From NCBI GenBank assembly GCA_050298055.1, contig JBNKTL010000005.1, forward strand, positions 39,094 through 103,093: a stretch of DNA of 64,000 nt. The letters run 5' to 3'. The notes under the pieces are model-generated. The model was not told the DNA's origin, made no database searches, and saw nothing but the letters and a program-made list of their open reading frames with translations. The position numbers were made by a program, and so were the translations under genes. The first letter of the stretch is position 1; each line of letters opens with the position of its first letter. The stretch is from Spirochaetota bacterium (GTDB taxonomy: Bacteria; Spirochaetota; UBA4802; UBA5550). Below, piece by piece: positions 1-10,099 of this stretch.

Positions 1-2
1 TG

Positions 3-3000
3 GCAAACAGCATTAAAAAGGAAACATCACAGAGGTCCCTGGTCTTTGACTTTGACATGTCGGGGGCAGGCAATGTCTCCGTGGCTACGAGGAGGCTCTC
101 AGACACGGCCGTGGATTTTTCTGGTCTTCAGTATGTTGAGATCTGGTACAGGTACGAAGGGACAGAGGATATTTCTCTTTCGGTTGATATAGGCAGTATC
201 AACGAAGATTCCGACGGTGACTCGGTCCTCGATACGGAGGATGAAAACGGGAACAGTTTTCTCGATACCGATCCCGGGGCAGGTTATACGGAGGATACAG
301 GTTACTCTTTCAATGGAAATAATGCAACAATTGTCGGTTCCGGTCCGGGGTTAAATTCTGTCACCCGGGGGGATGGGATTCTCAACAGTGAAGACCTGAA
401 TGGAAACGGGACCCTTGAGACAGCGGAACAGGTTTACAGTATATCGCCGGTTACCCTGGCAGGAAACAGCAATGTATGGAAGAAGACAAGGATCTATATT
501 GACCAGACGTCCCTGACCCAGAGTGAGATTGATCTCCTGAAGCAGGTTGAGGCGGTAAGGCTGAATATTGCAAACAGTACGGGGGCGTCGGGGAGGGTCT
601 ATATTGACAGCATTAAGTTTATCTCGTCGCGGTTCAGGAATGTCCAGATGAACGGTTCTGCCGCGGGCCCCGCGAATCTGGCCGTGACCCTGGTGAACAG
701 TATAAATGATTCTGACTACAGGGCGGACGCCTTTATCTTTCAGCAGAGTGATGTTTATACATCCCTCTACGGAGAAAAGAACAGCAGTGAACTCTCCAGG
801 GAGACGGAATCCGCGCTGCAGCTTGAGTATAACATTACATCGGGCACAAATGTATCCGTAACCAGGTCTTTCGCGCGTCCCCTGGACCTGAGGCATTACA
901 AGACAATGAATCTCTGGTTTAACTACCGGGAAAGTTCCGGCGGTGAAACAATAGGAATAATACTGGGCTCGTCTGAGAATGACTATGTGGAATACAGGTT
1001 CTCCATGGATTATATGGATGTCTGGAGGGAGGTCAGGCTCCGTCTCAAAGAAGGTTCGGGAGGGGACGTTAATTCCTCGTCAACAACAGGAGAACCTGAT
1101 ATGAAGAGGATCAGGTATATGAAGGTGGTGATATATGGAAATGCCGGGGACAGCGGTAAGATATGGCTGAACGACACGTATGTCTCTGAGCCGGAAACAT
1201 TGAAGAGCAGTGCCCGCTGGTATGAAGGTGAACTGAAAATTAAGAGGCCCCTGTATCGGACCGATTCCGGAACACCCATCCTTTCCGATATCAGTATCAA
1301 ATACATTCACAAAGGGCATGGAGCGCAGTTCAGCACAATCGGAAAGAGCAACACGGATATTGATGAGAGCCACAACCAGGTTTTCTCATCATTCAGGATA
1401 CTTCCCAACATGGAGACACGGCTGGACTATACAAGGGAAAAAACAAAAACAGACAGTTTAAATGAAGACGTCAACGAGGAGAAGAGAGGAGAGTCAATAA
1501 AAAACAGCTTTTACTTTATGACGGATTATAAATCATCAACAAGCGGTGTACCCAGTGTTGTCATATCCTACAAGCATGATAATTACAAGAATGTTATTGA
1601 AGAGGATATTACCGGTTATGATATAGACAGAAACAGGGGGAGAGTTGTCCATACGCCGGTTATTGCTATAACTGAAAATCTCGATAACTTTCTCTTTGGG
1701 AAGCTTACCACAAAACTTCTTCTTAACATGATCTTTAAAGAAGAGGATGTGAAGAGAAGTTCGCAGGATATTGACAGCAGCACGCTGTCCGGTTATGTAT
1801 CTCTCCGGGAGAAGGAGAAGAGACAGAAATCTGATGCTACACTGTTTGTTACCTATACCAGCAGGTATTTTTATATAAAGCCTGAGCTGAACATTAAATC
1901 GGAAGAGCTGGTGGATACCGCGGGGAAGGAGAATCTCCCGGACACGGAAATTGTCAGCGATGTACGGGGAGGATATCATGTTCCCTTTGTTTATAGTGAC
2001 AGTCTCAGGTTTGTGGAAAGAAACAGGAAAGCTTTATGCGCCATTGGCCTTGTTGACGGTTATGTAACCCCTGAATATAAACTCGACCTGAGTTATCTTG
2101 AAAACAGGTTCAGGGATTATGATGATTCAGAACTGCAGTCAGCGCAGGAGTACAGGAGGGCTAAAGACGCGAAGAGCCTTATTATGTCGGAAATATCACT
2201 GCCGGTGAACCTGAGAAAAATCAACAGCCTCCAATTTGTTAAGAACCTTAACCTCTCATATATGCGGAGTATTTACTTTTTTGAAAATGATATACCCTAT
2301 GAAGGCGAAAGCAAGGGCCCCTTCAATGAAGATTACGGGATAAACAGGTCGCTGTTCGGTAATCTTGGGACCGGGTTAAACTTATTCAGGTACTATCCCG
2401 GATATTTTTTCAGGGGAAGGGATAATTACTCAAAGGGAAGAGACTATGTCTATGGCAGGGACAACCGGGAGCTTACCTTCCCCTCGGGTGATTCTGTGAC
2501 TGATTACAACAACCAGCTCCGGCTGATAAACAACTTTTCCCTGAATTTCATGATGGATTTTAATCTCCTGACATTTGATTCAGGGGCGGGGATCAACCAG
2601 GTTAATGAACGGCAGCAGGTGAATGGTATCCCCCAGCAGATCATCACAAGGAACTTCAATACGGGAATTGACCTGAACCTGATGAAGGTCTTCAGTTTTG
2701 GATTTTTCAGGGGCAACAGGCTGGGTATTCCTCACCACTCTGCCAATTTAAAACTGGGATATACCTACAGCAACAACATGATCATTACATCCAATATTGA
2801 AGAGAATACCTATAAGCCGAGTCTCGGTCTGACCTTTAAAAGGGACAGGTCTCTCATAGGATTGAAGGCCGGGATTGAAATGAGAAGGAAAAAGAGCAGG
2901 GAATTCATATCACCGGACGAGAGTTCCCGGTCAGACAGTGATGATATCTATATTGACAATATGCCGGATAATTCCCTGTTAAGCGAGATTGACAACGGTT

Positions 3001-3323
3001 ATAATCTTTCCCTCTTATATGAAACAGATGTGAACTGGCTCTTCAATCTCTTTTCAGAGATCTACCGGCTTTCTTCTCAGCCGATATTTTCTCTTGAGTA
3101 TAACCTGGTCCTGAACAGGTATGATTACAGGTCAACCGTTTCCCCTGAACCATATGACCTCCATATGATTAAAGGAAAGCTCACACTGGATCTTCATAAA
3201 AACATCCAGGGAGGACTCACTTCACGGTGGGCCCTTGAGAGATTCAGGAACAGGGAAACGGATGGGATAAGCAGGGAGGTTTTTTCCTATGAACTGGGAA
3301 TGAACTTTACTCTCATTTTTTGA
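3..3323 (+). CDS. Large outer-membrane protein, SprA-like (5' end outside the window)
   Basis: Frame is open back to the window edge (ANSIKKETSQ...). Contains DxDGD/EDLNGNG Ca-binding-like motifs, 'DLRHYKTMNLW' and 'GSSENDYVEY' segments recalling SprA, amphipathic beta-strands and a terminal Phe (MNFTLIF). Confidence 0.5.
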   Translation, partial: ANSIKKETSQRSLVFDFDMSGAGNVSVATRRLSDTAVDFSGLQYVEIWYRYEGTEDISLSVDIGSINEDSDGDSVLDTEDENGNSFLDTDPGAGYTEDTGYSFNGNNATIVGSGPGLNSVTRGDGILNSEDLNGNGTLETAEQVYSISPVTLAGNSNVWKKTRIYIDQTSLTQSEIDLLKQVEAVRLNIANSTGASGRVYIDSIKFISSRFRNVQMNGSAAGPANLAVTLVNSINDSDYRADAFIFQQSDVYTSLYGEKNSSELSRETESALQLEYNITSGTNVSVTRSFARPLDLRHYKTMNLWFNYRESSGGETIGIILGSSENDYVEYRFSMDYMDVWREVRLRLKEGSGGDVNSSSTTGEPDMKRIRYMKVVIYGNAGDSGKIWLNDTYVSEPETLKSSARWYEGELKIKRPLYRTDSGTPILSDISIKYIHKGHGAQFSTIGKSNTDIDESHNQVFSSFRILPNMETRLDYTREKTKTDSLNEDVNEEKRGESIKNSFYFMTDYKSSTSGVPSVVISYKHDNYKNVIEEDITGYDIDRNRGRVVHTPVIAITENLDNFLFGKLTTKLLLNMIFKEEDVKRSSQDIDSSTLSGYVSLREKEKRQKSDATLFVTYTSRYFYIKPELNIKSEELVDTAGKENLPDTEIVSDVRGGYHVPFVYSDSLRFVERNRKALCAIGLVDGYVTPEYKLDLSYLENRFRDYDDSELQSAQEYRRAKDAKSLIMSEISLPVNLRKINSLQFVKNLNLSYMRSIYFFENDIPYEGESKGPFNEDYGINRSLFGNLGTGLNLFRYYPGYFFRGRDNYSKGRDYVYGRDNRELTFPSGDSVTDYNNQLRLINNFSLNFMMDFNLLTFDSGAGINQVNERQQVNGIPQQIITRNFNTGIDLNLMKVFSFGFFRGNRLGIPHHSANLKLGYTYSNNMIITSNIEENTYKPSLGLTFKRDRSLIGLKAGIEMRRKKSREFISPDESSRSDSDDIYIDNMPDNSLLSEIDNGYNLSLLYETDVNWLFNLFSEIYRLSSQPIFSLEYNLVLNRYDYRSTVSPEPYDLHMIKGKLTLDLHKNIQGGLTSRWALERFRNRETDGISREVFSYELGMNFTLIF

Positions 3324-3327
3324 TGTG

Positions 3328-5505
3328 TCATTTTTTAAAAACAGAATTAAGGACTTCTTCAAGTTCGTCTATCCTGTACGGTTTGGCAATAACTCCCTTA
3401 AATCCATGTTCTTTGTAGTTGCCCATAAGTTGATCATTTGAGTATCCGCTGGACACAATTGCAGTTACGCCGGGATCATATTTTTTGAGGACCTCGAGGG
3501 TCTCCTGTCCGCCCATACCGCCGTGTATTGTCAGGTCCATTATGACCGCGTCGAACTTCTTTCCATGTACATCGGCCCTCTTGTACTCAAAAACAGCATC
3601 CCTGCCGTCCTTAACGCATTCCACTTCACACCCGAGTTTTTCAAGCATTCGTGAACCGACTTTCAGTATCATCTCTTCATCATCCAGGAGAAGTATTCTG
3701 CGGTTTATGAGATTAACATCCCCTGTTTCCGGTATCTTTGCGATAATGCCGTCACCAACAGCCGGAAGATAGATGGTGAAAACCGTGCCTTCCCCGGCAT
3801 CTGACTTTACATGGATGAGGCCGTTGTGCTCTTTAATAATTGAGTGTGCAATTGTAAGTCCAAGTCCCGTACTGTTCTCTTTCTTTGTGAAGTAGGGATC
3901 GTATATCCTATCGATAATTTCACTTTTTATTCCCGGTCCGGTGTCGGCTATACTTATTTTTACACAGGGTCCTGTAAGTTCCGGCGGAAGCATGCCGGTT
4001 TCTGTTTTAAGATTTACCGCTGTTATTGTGAGCACTCCTCTCCGGTCCATAGCCTGGCATGCGTTGAGGATTATGTTATAAAATGCCCGGTTTATCTGTC
4101 CTTCATCGGCAAGCAGAGTATAAATATTATCAGGAATATCAATATTCTTTTCTATCATTGTGCCGTTTAATATCAGGTTAACGGATTCATTGATCATTTT
4201 CGAAACCGGGATATTTTTTCTTATGGGCTTACCGCCTTTTGAAAACGCAAGAAGCTGAGTTGTCAGTTCCTTTGCCTTGTTCGATGCGGTCTCCGCTTCG
4301 TTGAGGATATCATATATTTCGTGGCTTTTATCAATTCCGGTTATGGCCAGGGAGAGATTTCCCGTAATGGCTGTGAGAAGGTTGTTAAAGTCGTGGGCAA
4401 TTCCTCCCGCGAAAACTCCCAGTGCCTCTATCCGGGTCTGCTTAAAGTGTTCCTCCTCTTTCCTTGCCCGGGTCAGTTCATTCCGTGCTCTTTCCATGGT
4501 ATTTTCAAGTCTTCCGATGTAGATAAAGAAAAAGAAAAAGACCATGAGTCCCAGTACTCCCGAGATTGTAATAAGGAGTAATACGAGGTTCTTTATGGAA
4601 GCCATGTCCTCACTGATATCTGCCAGGACAAACAGGTAACCGATGTGACGGTTGCCCGCATCCATCATGGGAATAAATCCTCCCCGGTAAATCTGCTTTT
4701 CATGTTCGATTTCATCCTTGAGAGTGAGAGTCTTCGGTTTTTGAATATTCATTATATGCCGGTAATAGAAATCAAGGTTTTCCGGGATAAAGGTGAGTGT
4801 TCTGTCGGTGATTGCGTAATCTTTCAGCAGGTTCCAGCGTCCTTTCCTTCCGGTCATGATAAGCCCCTCTTCCCAGAGGTTCTTTTTCAGAAGAGATTTC
4901 TTAATGCTGAGTATTGTTTCCACATCCAGGACTTTTTTAATATGGTAAAGAATCTCTACTATCTCGGCATCCAGTTCAATATATCCTGCAACCTTCCCGC
5001 GGAGCAAAAAAGGTTTTACAACCCGCAATGAGTAGGTCCCCAGGGGGCCCAGCTCTACGCCGTAGCCTGTTTTTTTCAGGATAACGGCATGTTTCAATGT
5101 AAACCTGTCAATGATATCACCATGCCTGTTATGGTTGTGGACCCTTAAAAAGCATCTTTTGTCGGGATTGATAAAGGAGAGTCCTGTTATTCCAAATTCA
5201 CTGTTTAATTCCCGGTAGAGGTTTACTGTTTTTTCATACAAAAGCTCCCTCTCTCCGCTTCTCCACGCGGAAATAATCTCCCTGCTGTTCTCGATTTGCC
5301 TGATAAGCCCGTTAAATGAAACAGCCTTCTGGGACAACTTCTCCAGGTAGAGGTTGTTTGCCTTCTCCAGCAGAGAAGTGATTTTACTATCCAGGTTATC
5401 ATTTTTTACGTAGTAGAATCCCGCAATGGATGAAATGAGAAGTATCACCAGGGAGAAAAGAACAGGGAATAATATTTTTGCTTTTATTTTCTGATACCTG
5501 TGCAT
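3328..5505 (-). CDS. Hybrid sensor histidine kinase/response regulator (2 TM, Cache-like sensor, HisKA, HATPase, REC)
   Basis: H-box GGIAHDFNNLL, N-box NIILNACQA, G boxes DTGPG and STGLGL, receiver LLLDDE...MDL...KPY. Start placed at ATG 5505 because the ORF-track start (5607) lies inside a MITE. Confidence 0.92.
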   Translation of the reverse strand: MHRYQKIKAKILFPVLFSLVILLISSIAGFYYVKNDNLDSKITSLLEKANNLYLEKLSQKAVSFNGLIRQIENSREIISAWRSGERELLYEKTVNLYRELNSEFGITGLSFINPDKRCFLRVHNHNRHGDIIDRFTLKHAVILKKTGYGVELGPLGTYSLRVVKPFLLRGKVAGYIELDAEIVEILYHIKKVLDVETILSIKKSLLKKNLWEEGLIMTGRKGRWNLLKDYAITDRTLTFIPENLDFYYRHIMNIQKPKTLTLKDEIEHEKQIYRGGFIPMMDAGNRHIGYLFVLADISEDMASIKNLVLLLITISGVLGLMVFFFFFIYIGRLENTMERARNELTRARKEEEHFKQTRIEALGVFAGGIAHDFNNLLTAITGNLSLAITGIDKSHEIYDILNEAETASNKAKELTTQLLAFSKGGKPIRKNIPVSKMINESVNLILNGTMIEKNIDIPDNIYTLLADEGQINRAFYNIILNACQAMDRRGVLTITAVNLKTETGMLPPELTGPCVKISIADTGPGIKSEIIDRIYDPYFTKKENSTGLGLTIAHSIIKEHNGLIHVKSDAGEGTVFTIYLPAVGDGIIAKIPETGDVNLINRRILLLDDEEMILKVGSRMLEKLGCEVECVKDGRDAVFEYKRADVHGKKFDAVIMDLTIHGGMGGQETLEVLKKYDPGVTAIVSSGYSNDQLMGNYKEHGFKGVIAKPYRIDELEEVLNSVFKK

Positions 5506-5522
5506 ATAAGTATTCTCTTCTT

Positions 5523-5663
5523 GTTGCTGTTCAGTTATATGATTATAATCAACCTGTTTACTAAAATACCAAAAATATATCCCTGCCGCCTTGAGTGGCG
5601 GTGACATATCAGTAATATTTTATTATGAAGATGATTCTTCTTATACTCAGCCTGAGTAGTTTC
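5523..5663. mobile_element. MITE-like palindromic element, copy 1 (degenerate)
   Basis: Degenerate terminal inverted repeats GTTGCTGTTCAG...CTGAGTAGTTTC, central GCCGCC-TTGA-GTGGCGG hairpin, imperfect flanking duplication CTCTTCTT/CTCTTATG. Confidence 0.7.
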
Positions 5664-5818
5664 CTCTTATGGAATTATTCTGAATTATAGATGCTATTTT
5701 CGCAAGTGAATTTTCAGTAAAGAAGTCTGATATTCTCCTTGACATTATCGGGAAAAGGACTTAGTAAGAAAAATGTGATATTTTCTGATCACCATATCTG
5801 AAAGAATGAGGAAAAAAC

Positions 5819-5995
5819 ATGGCAATTAATATGGCAGAATGCGCAGGTCATGAGAACCACCTGTGTAACCTTATTGAGAAAAAAACACCTGTTGAGAAAA
5901 TAAAATCAATGGTAATGACACCAAAATTTATCTGCAGCGGATGCGGCAGGGTTGCTGAAAGCAAAGACAATCTCTGTTCGCCGGAAGAGCTGTAA
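5819..5995 (+). CDS. 58-aa Cys/His-rich small protein, putative metal-binding (absent from ORF track)
   Basis: Translates MAINMAECAGHENHLCNLIEKKTPVEKIKSMVMTPKFICSGCGRVAESKDNLCSPEEL*; GAGG upstream; CxxC plus a terminal LCxP. Confidence 0.7.
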   Translation: MAINMAECAGHENHLCNLIEKKTPVEKIKSMVMTPKFICSGCGRVAESKDNLCSPEEL

Positions 5996-6008
5996 AAAAA
6001 GAACTCTC

Positions 6009-7826
6009 TCAGGCTTTGATCCTGAAATCACCCACTCTCTTCAGGAGCCCCTCCCGCTCTATCCGGTTCAGGAGGGGAAGCATATATTTTCTTGAGATAT
6101 CAATGGCGTCTCTTGCGTCGGATATGGATATCTTCTCCATGGTGTCAAAAAGGTCCATGATCTTCTCTTTTGAGCTGTTGTAAACATCCCTGTGGTAAAT
6201 GATATTTCCATCCAGGCTGATGAGAAAATCCATCCTGATGAGTTCCTTGATTGTTTTTTTTCGCAGGTCGTCCTTCTCCCTGCTCAGTTCAATCCCTTTT
6301 GTGCTGCTTTCCAGTATTTCATCAAGGAGTTTCCTGCTTCCCTCGGGGAGGGTTTCCTCGGTTATGGAATCTCCCGAAAAGTACCTGCCGTCCTTTTCAA
6401 TGATTGTATGCTCTTTCATTGCCAGGGGCAGGAGCTCCTTGCAGATTTCGGGGGAGATACCCGATGAATCGGATACCTCCCTGAGGTTAAGGCCGACTTT
6501 TTCCTTTATGGATTCCACAAGTGATTTTATTGAATTTTCATAATAGGCCGAGTTAAGAAGAAAGTCCTTTATCTTTATTATTTTTTTCTCTTCTTCCAGT
6601 TTCTTAATAAGCGCATCCATACTCTTTTCTGAATCTGGAAGCATCTTCATAAGGCGCTCCCTTGTGAGACAGTTAAATACGGAGAGATTGAATTCCACAA
6701 TTTCAGGTTTTGTGATGTTTTGTAAAATTGAAAGGTTTTTTCTGACGGCCTTTTTCAACTTTGAATTATAATCACAGAGGACCACTTTTCCCCCGCCGAT
6801 GACCCTGTATCCCCCGGGGTTTGTTATGACAAACGGCTGGCTGGTGGTGAAATACCATTCCCTGTCGATCTTTATCCTTACGAGGTAGATACTCTTTTCT
6901 TCAACCTCTTCTAGTATGATAAGTTTTCCTTTGACATCCGAGGTCCCTACCAGAATTTCAATTCCCAGGTTGTTCTTGATCTCTTTGGACCTGTCAAGTA
7001 TCTGGACCCTTGCCACAAACTCCCTGGACTCTATGAAAAAGTTTTTCTTGAAAAGGATCCATCCCCTTTTGATCTCGTTTACGGAAACACCGGATAGGTT
7101 CAGGGCCGTTCTCTGTGACGGGTTGCCTTCTTCTACTTCATTGAAGTGGGTCTCAATCCGCTTTATTCTCGCGTCCTTTTTTATGGGGAGGATATGCACA
7201 GTATCGTCTTCGTTGAATATGCCGTTCTTCTGTGTCCCGGTTATAACAGTTCCGTGGCCCTTTGACGCGAAAACCCTGTCTATAAAGAGATAGGGCTTGT
7301 CCGTCTTTGTGATCTTTGAGAGCCGGCGGAGGTTTTCTACGATGAGGTTTTTCAAATTCTCAATTCCTTCACCGGTTTTTGTCGATGTGGCGGTAATATC
7401 CGATCCCTCATAGAGGGTCCCGGAAAGCTTCTCCTCAACCTCGGCCTTCACGAATTCCACCATCTCTTCATCTGCGAGATCAACCTTGTTCAGAACAACA
7501 ATCATCCTCTCGATTCCCAGGATTTGTAAAACTCTGAAGTGGTCCTCTGTCTGGGGCATCCAGCCGTCATCTACCGCGATAACAAGAAGTGCAAGATCCA
7601 CACCCCAGGCCCCCACGACCATGTTCCTGATAAAACGCTCATGGCCCGGAACATCGATGATACTCACTGTGCCAAACTTCGGATATACGATACTTGCAAA
7701 ACCGATATCAATGGTCATCTCCCTCTCTTTTTCTTCGGGGAGCCTGTCCGTGTCAATCCGGGTAAGTGAATATATCAGAGAGGTTTTGCCATGGTCGATG
7801 TGACCGGATGTTCCAACAATATACAT
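6009..7826 (-). CDS. selB: Selenocysteine-specific elongation factor SelB
   Basis: GTSGHIDHGKT, DVPGHERF, NKVD; C-terminal winged helix ISRKYMLPLL; co-oriented with selA and tRNA-Sec. Confidence 0.97.
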   Translation of the reverse strand: MYIVGTSGHIDHGKTSLIYSLTRIDTDRLPEEKEREMTIDIGFASIVYPKFGTVSIIDVPGHERFIRNMVVGAWGVDLALLVIAVDDGWMPQTEDHFRVLQILGIERMIVVLNKVDLADEEMVEFVKAEVEEKLSGTLYEGSDITATSTKTGEGIENLKNLIVENLRRLSKITKTDKPYLFIDRVFASKGHGTVITGTQKNGIFNEDDTVHILPIKKDARIKRIETHFNEVEEGNPSQRTALNLSGVSVNEIKRGWILFKKNFFIESREFVARVQILDRSKEIKNNLGIEILVGTSDVKGKLIILEEVEEKSIYLVRIKIDREWYFTTSQPFVITNPGGYRVIGGGKVVLCDYNSKLKKAVRKNLSILQNITKPEIVEFNLSVFNCLTRERLMKMLPDSEKSMDALIKKLEEEKKIIKIKDFLLNSAYYENSIKSLVESIKEKVGLNLREVSDSSGISPEICKELLPLAMKEHTIIEKDGRYFSGDSITEETLPEGSRKLLDEILESSTKGIELSREKDDLRKKTIKELIRMDFLISLDGNIIYHRDVYNSSKEKIMDLFDTMEKISISDARDAIDISRKYMLPLLNRIEREGLLKRVGDFRIKA

Positions 7827-7883
7827 AGAGTCTCCTGAAACAGGTTATTGTCTCCTCTTGGCGCGGGTGATCGGTTTTCCCTG

Positions 7884-8291
7884 CTACTTGACGCCGCGGC
7901 TGATAAAAAAGCTGCTGTATTTTTTATCGGATCCCACAACATGGTCCTGGAGCCAGTCCACCAGGAAAGCAAGAAGTTCAAACGCATCAACACCTTTTCC
8001 TTCATCGAGGTCTTTTTTCAAGGATAAGACTTTTTTACTCAGCTCTTCATGTTCTTTCTTATGTGAGGCTTTATCAAAATAATGATGTTTTTCAAAAAGC
8101 TTCTCTTCATTATCAAAGTGATAATGAGTATAATCCAGCAGCTCCTGGATTATTTCAGATATCTTATCGGGACTGCCTCCCCCGGTAAGTACAGCATGAG
8201 CATTGTTAATAAGCTCGATAATTTTTTTGTGCTGAGCGTCCAGAGTATCAATCTCAACACGGAAGTTATCTTCCCATTCAAAAAAAGTCAT
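7884..8291 (-). CDS. Bacteriohemerythrin
   Basis: F-x-W...IDTLDAQH, YTHYHFDNEE, HKKEH and WLQDHVVGSDKKY di-iron ligand pattern. Confidence 0.95.
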   Translation of the reverse strand: MTFFEWEDNFRVEIDTLDAQHKKIIELINNAHAVLTGGGSPDKISEIIQELLDYTHYHFDNEEKLFEKHHYFDKASHKKEHEELSKKVLSLKKDLDEGKGVDAFELLAFLVDWLQDHVVGSDKKYSSFFISRGVK

Positions 8292-8325
8292 ATAGTTACA
8301 TCCTTTAATTTTTGTTTTTTATATT

Positions 8326-8467
8326 GTAACTACTCAGTTGTATGGCTGAAAATAAACATATTTAATAAAATGCCAATATTATGTCCCCGCCGCCGAAGGC
8401 GGTGGGGACATAATGGTTATCTTTTGTTCATTAACATATCTATTTTTATACATAGCTGAATAGTAAC
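8326..8467. mobile_element. MITE-like palindromic element, copy 2 (intact, 8-bp TSD)
   Basis: TIRs GTAACTACTCAGTTGTATG...CATAGCTGAATAGTAAC; central hairpin TATGTCCCCGCCGCC-GAA-GGCGGTGGGGACATA; TTTATATT duplicated on both flanks. Confidence 0.85.
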
Positions 8468-8484
8468 TTTATATTTTATAAAAA

Positions 8485-9870
8485 CTACGTAAACCTCTCG
8501 AGAAGTTCGTCAATGACAGATGCAATGTAGGAGATATCATCATCAAAAACAGTCATAAAATCAAGAGTATACCTGTCGTTTATAATAGAACCTACAACCG
8601 GAAGGTTCAGTGAGATCATCCTGTTGTAGAGGTCATCCGGTTTTACTCCGGGAAGAAGTAATTCTACACCGGCGCTTTCAACTTCCAGGGTGGGAAGCGT
8701 ACCGCCCCCGTAAGTGCTCATGGTGCTGACCCTTTTTACCCGGTCCTTTTTCAGGGGATTTTTGATATTCCTCATGAGTCTTGTTATTTTCCCGGAAAGG
8801 GATTTCTTGTCCTGAAAAATTGTGCTCCAGAGGGGAAGGTCCTCATGTTCTCCGTTATCATACAAAAGGAGTGTTTCCTGGATGATATAGTAGGTGATCT
8901 TATCCACCCTGATCATCCGCATGAGGGGATTTTTCCTGAGTCGGACAATCAGCTCCTTTTTCCCGATAATAATGCCCGCCTGGCATCCTCCCAGAAGTTT
9001 GTCTCCGCTGAAACATACCAGGTCCGCGCCCTGGGAAAGTTCCTGACCCACTGTCTGTTCAAAATTTGCCGGAAGTTCGCTGCCGGTAACGAGGTTACCG
9101 CTTCCCAGGTCCCTGACCAGGAGAATATGGTCGGTTTTCAGCTCTGAGAGTTCTTTTAACGATGGAGACCGGGAAAACCCCTCTATTTTATAATTGGACC
9201 GGTGTGCGGAGAATATCATTGATGTGTTCTCTGTTATACTGTTTTTATAATCATCCAGTTCGGTGATATTTGTTGTTCCCGTTTCAACAAGATGTGCCCC
9301 GCTCTGGTTCATGATATCGGGTATCCTGAATCCGCCCCCTATCTGGATCAGTTCACCCCGGGAAACCACTGCTTCTCTCCCCCGGGCAAATTCATTGAGG
9401 ATCAGGAACACCGATGAAGCGTTGTTATTGACGATGAGGGCGTCTTCGGCAGATGTGAGGTTGCAGATAAGTTCCTCTGCGAACCCGCCTCTTTTGCCCC
9501 TTTTCCCAGTTGTGAGCTGGTATTCCAGGTTGCAGTATCCTGAAAGTGCTTCGGCCGCCCGGGAGAAGATCTCCTTCCCGAGGGGTGACCTTCCGAGATT
9601 GGTGTGGATTATGACACCGGTACAGTTTATGACCTTCTGGAGTTTGTGGAGTTTTTTGATTCTGCAGTTTTTCACTATTGCCGGAACAAGCTTCTCTACC
9701 GGTACATCAGCGCCGTCCTGGATTTTTTTCCTGAAAAGGTCAATGACTTTTCGGACGATACCGGTTACAAGCGAATGTCCTATTTCAGGAATAAAAGCAG
9801 CTATTTCATCATTCTGCAGCAGCTTTTCCACCTGGGGGATGTTGCGTAGGTTGTTCTGTGTGTCGTTCAT
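8485..9870 (-). CDS. selA: L-seryl-tRNA(Sec) selenium transferase SelA
   Basis: VINCTGVIIHTNLGRSPL, VNNNA, SRGELIQIGGGFRIP and the PLP-lysine motif FSGDKLLGG. Confidence 0.97.
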   Translation of the reverse strand: MNDTQNNLRNIPQVEKLLQNDEIAAFIPEIGHSLVTGIVRKVIDLFRKKIQDGADVPVEKLVPAIVKNCRIKKLHKLQKVINCTGVIIHTNLGRSPLGKEIFSRAAEALSGYCNLEYQLTTGKRGKRGGFAEELICNLTSAEDALIVNNNASSVFLILNEFARGREAVVSRGELIQIGGGFRIPDIMNQSGAHLVETGTTNITELDDYKNSITENTSMIFSAHRSNYKIEGFSRSPSLKELSELKTDHILLVRDLGSGNLVTGSELPANFEQTVGQELSQGADLVCFSGDKLLGGCQAGIIIGKKELIVRLRKNPLMRMIRVDKITYYIIQETLLLYDNGEHEDLPLWSTIFQDKKSLSGKITRLMRNIKNPLKKDRVKRVSTMSTYGGGTLPTLEVESAGVELLLPGVKPDDLYNRMISLNLPVVGSIINDRYTLDFMTVFDDDISYIASVIDELLERFT

Positions 9871-9895
9871 AGAGTTTCCGGTTTATTCGTTGATT

Positions 9896-9985
9896 CGGAA
9901 GGGGCAGGAATCGAACCTGCCGCTACAATAAATTACAGCCAACGGTTTTGAAGACCGCGGAGACCACCAGATCTCATCCTCTTCC
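9896..9985 (-). tRNA. selC: tRNA-Sec (anticodon UCA), CCA not encoded
   Basis: Reverse complement folds as GGAAGAGG-AT-GAGATC TGGT GGTCTC-CGCGGT CTTCAAA ACCGTT-long variable arm-GCAGG TTCGATT CCTGC-CCCTTCC-G: 6-bp D stem with 4-nt loop, G73; directly upstream of selA. Confidence 0.97.
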
Positions 9986-10099
9986 CTGATATTGAGTTTC
10001 ACTTTCGAAGAGAATATGTCAATTATTTATTCTTTATTGAGATTTTTTTACCCCCTCATTAATTCTCCCTCTATCAGGGGGAGTTAGGGTAAAAAAATT

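Noticed and set aside
5506..5607. Extended N-terminus of the histidine kinase
   Set aside because: The ORF-track start lies inside a MITE; ATG 5505 precedes the first TM.
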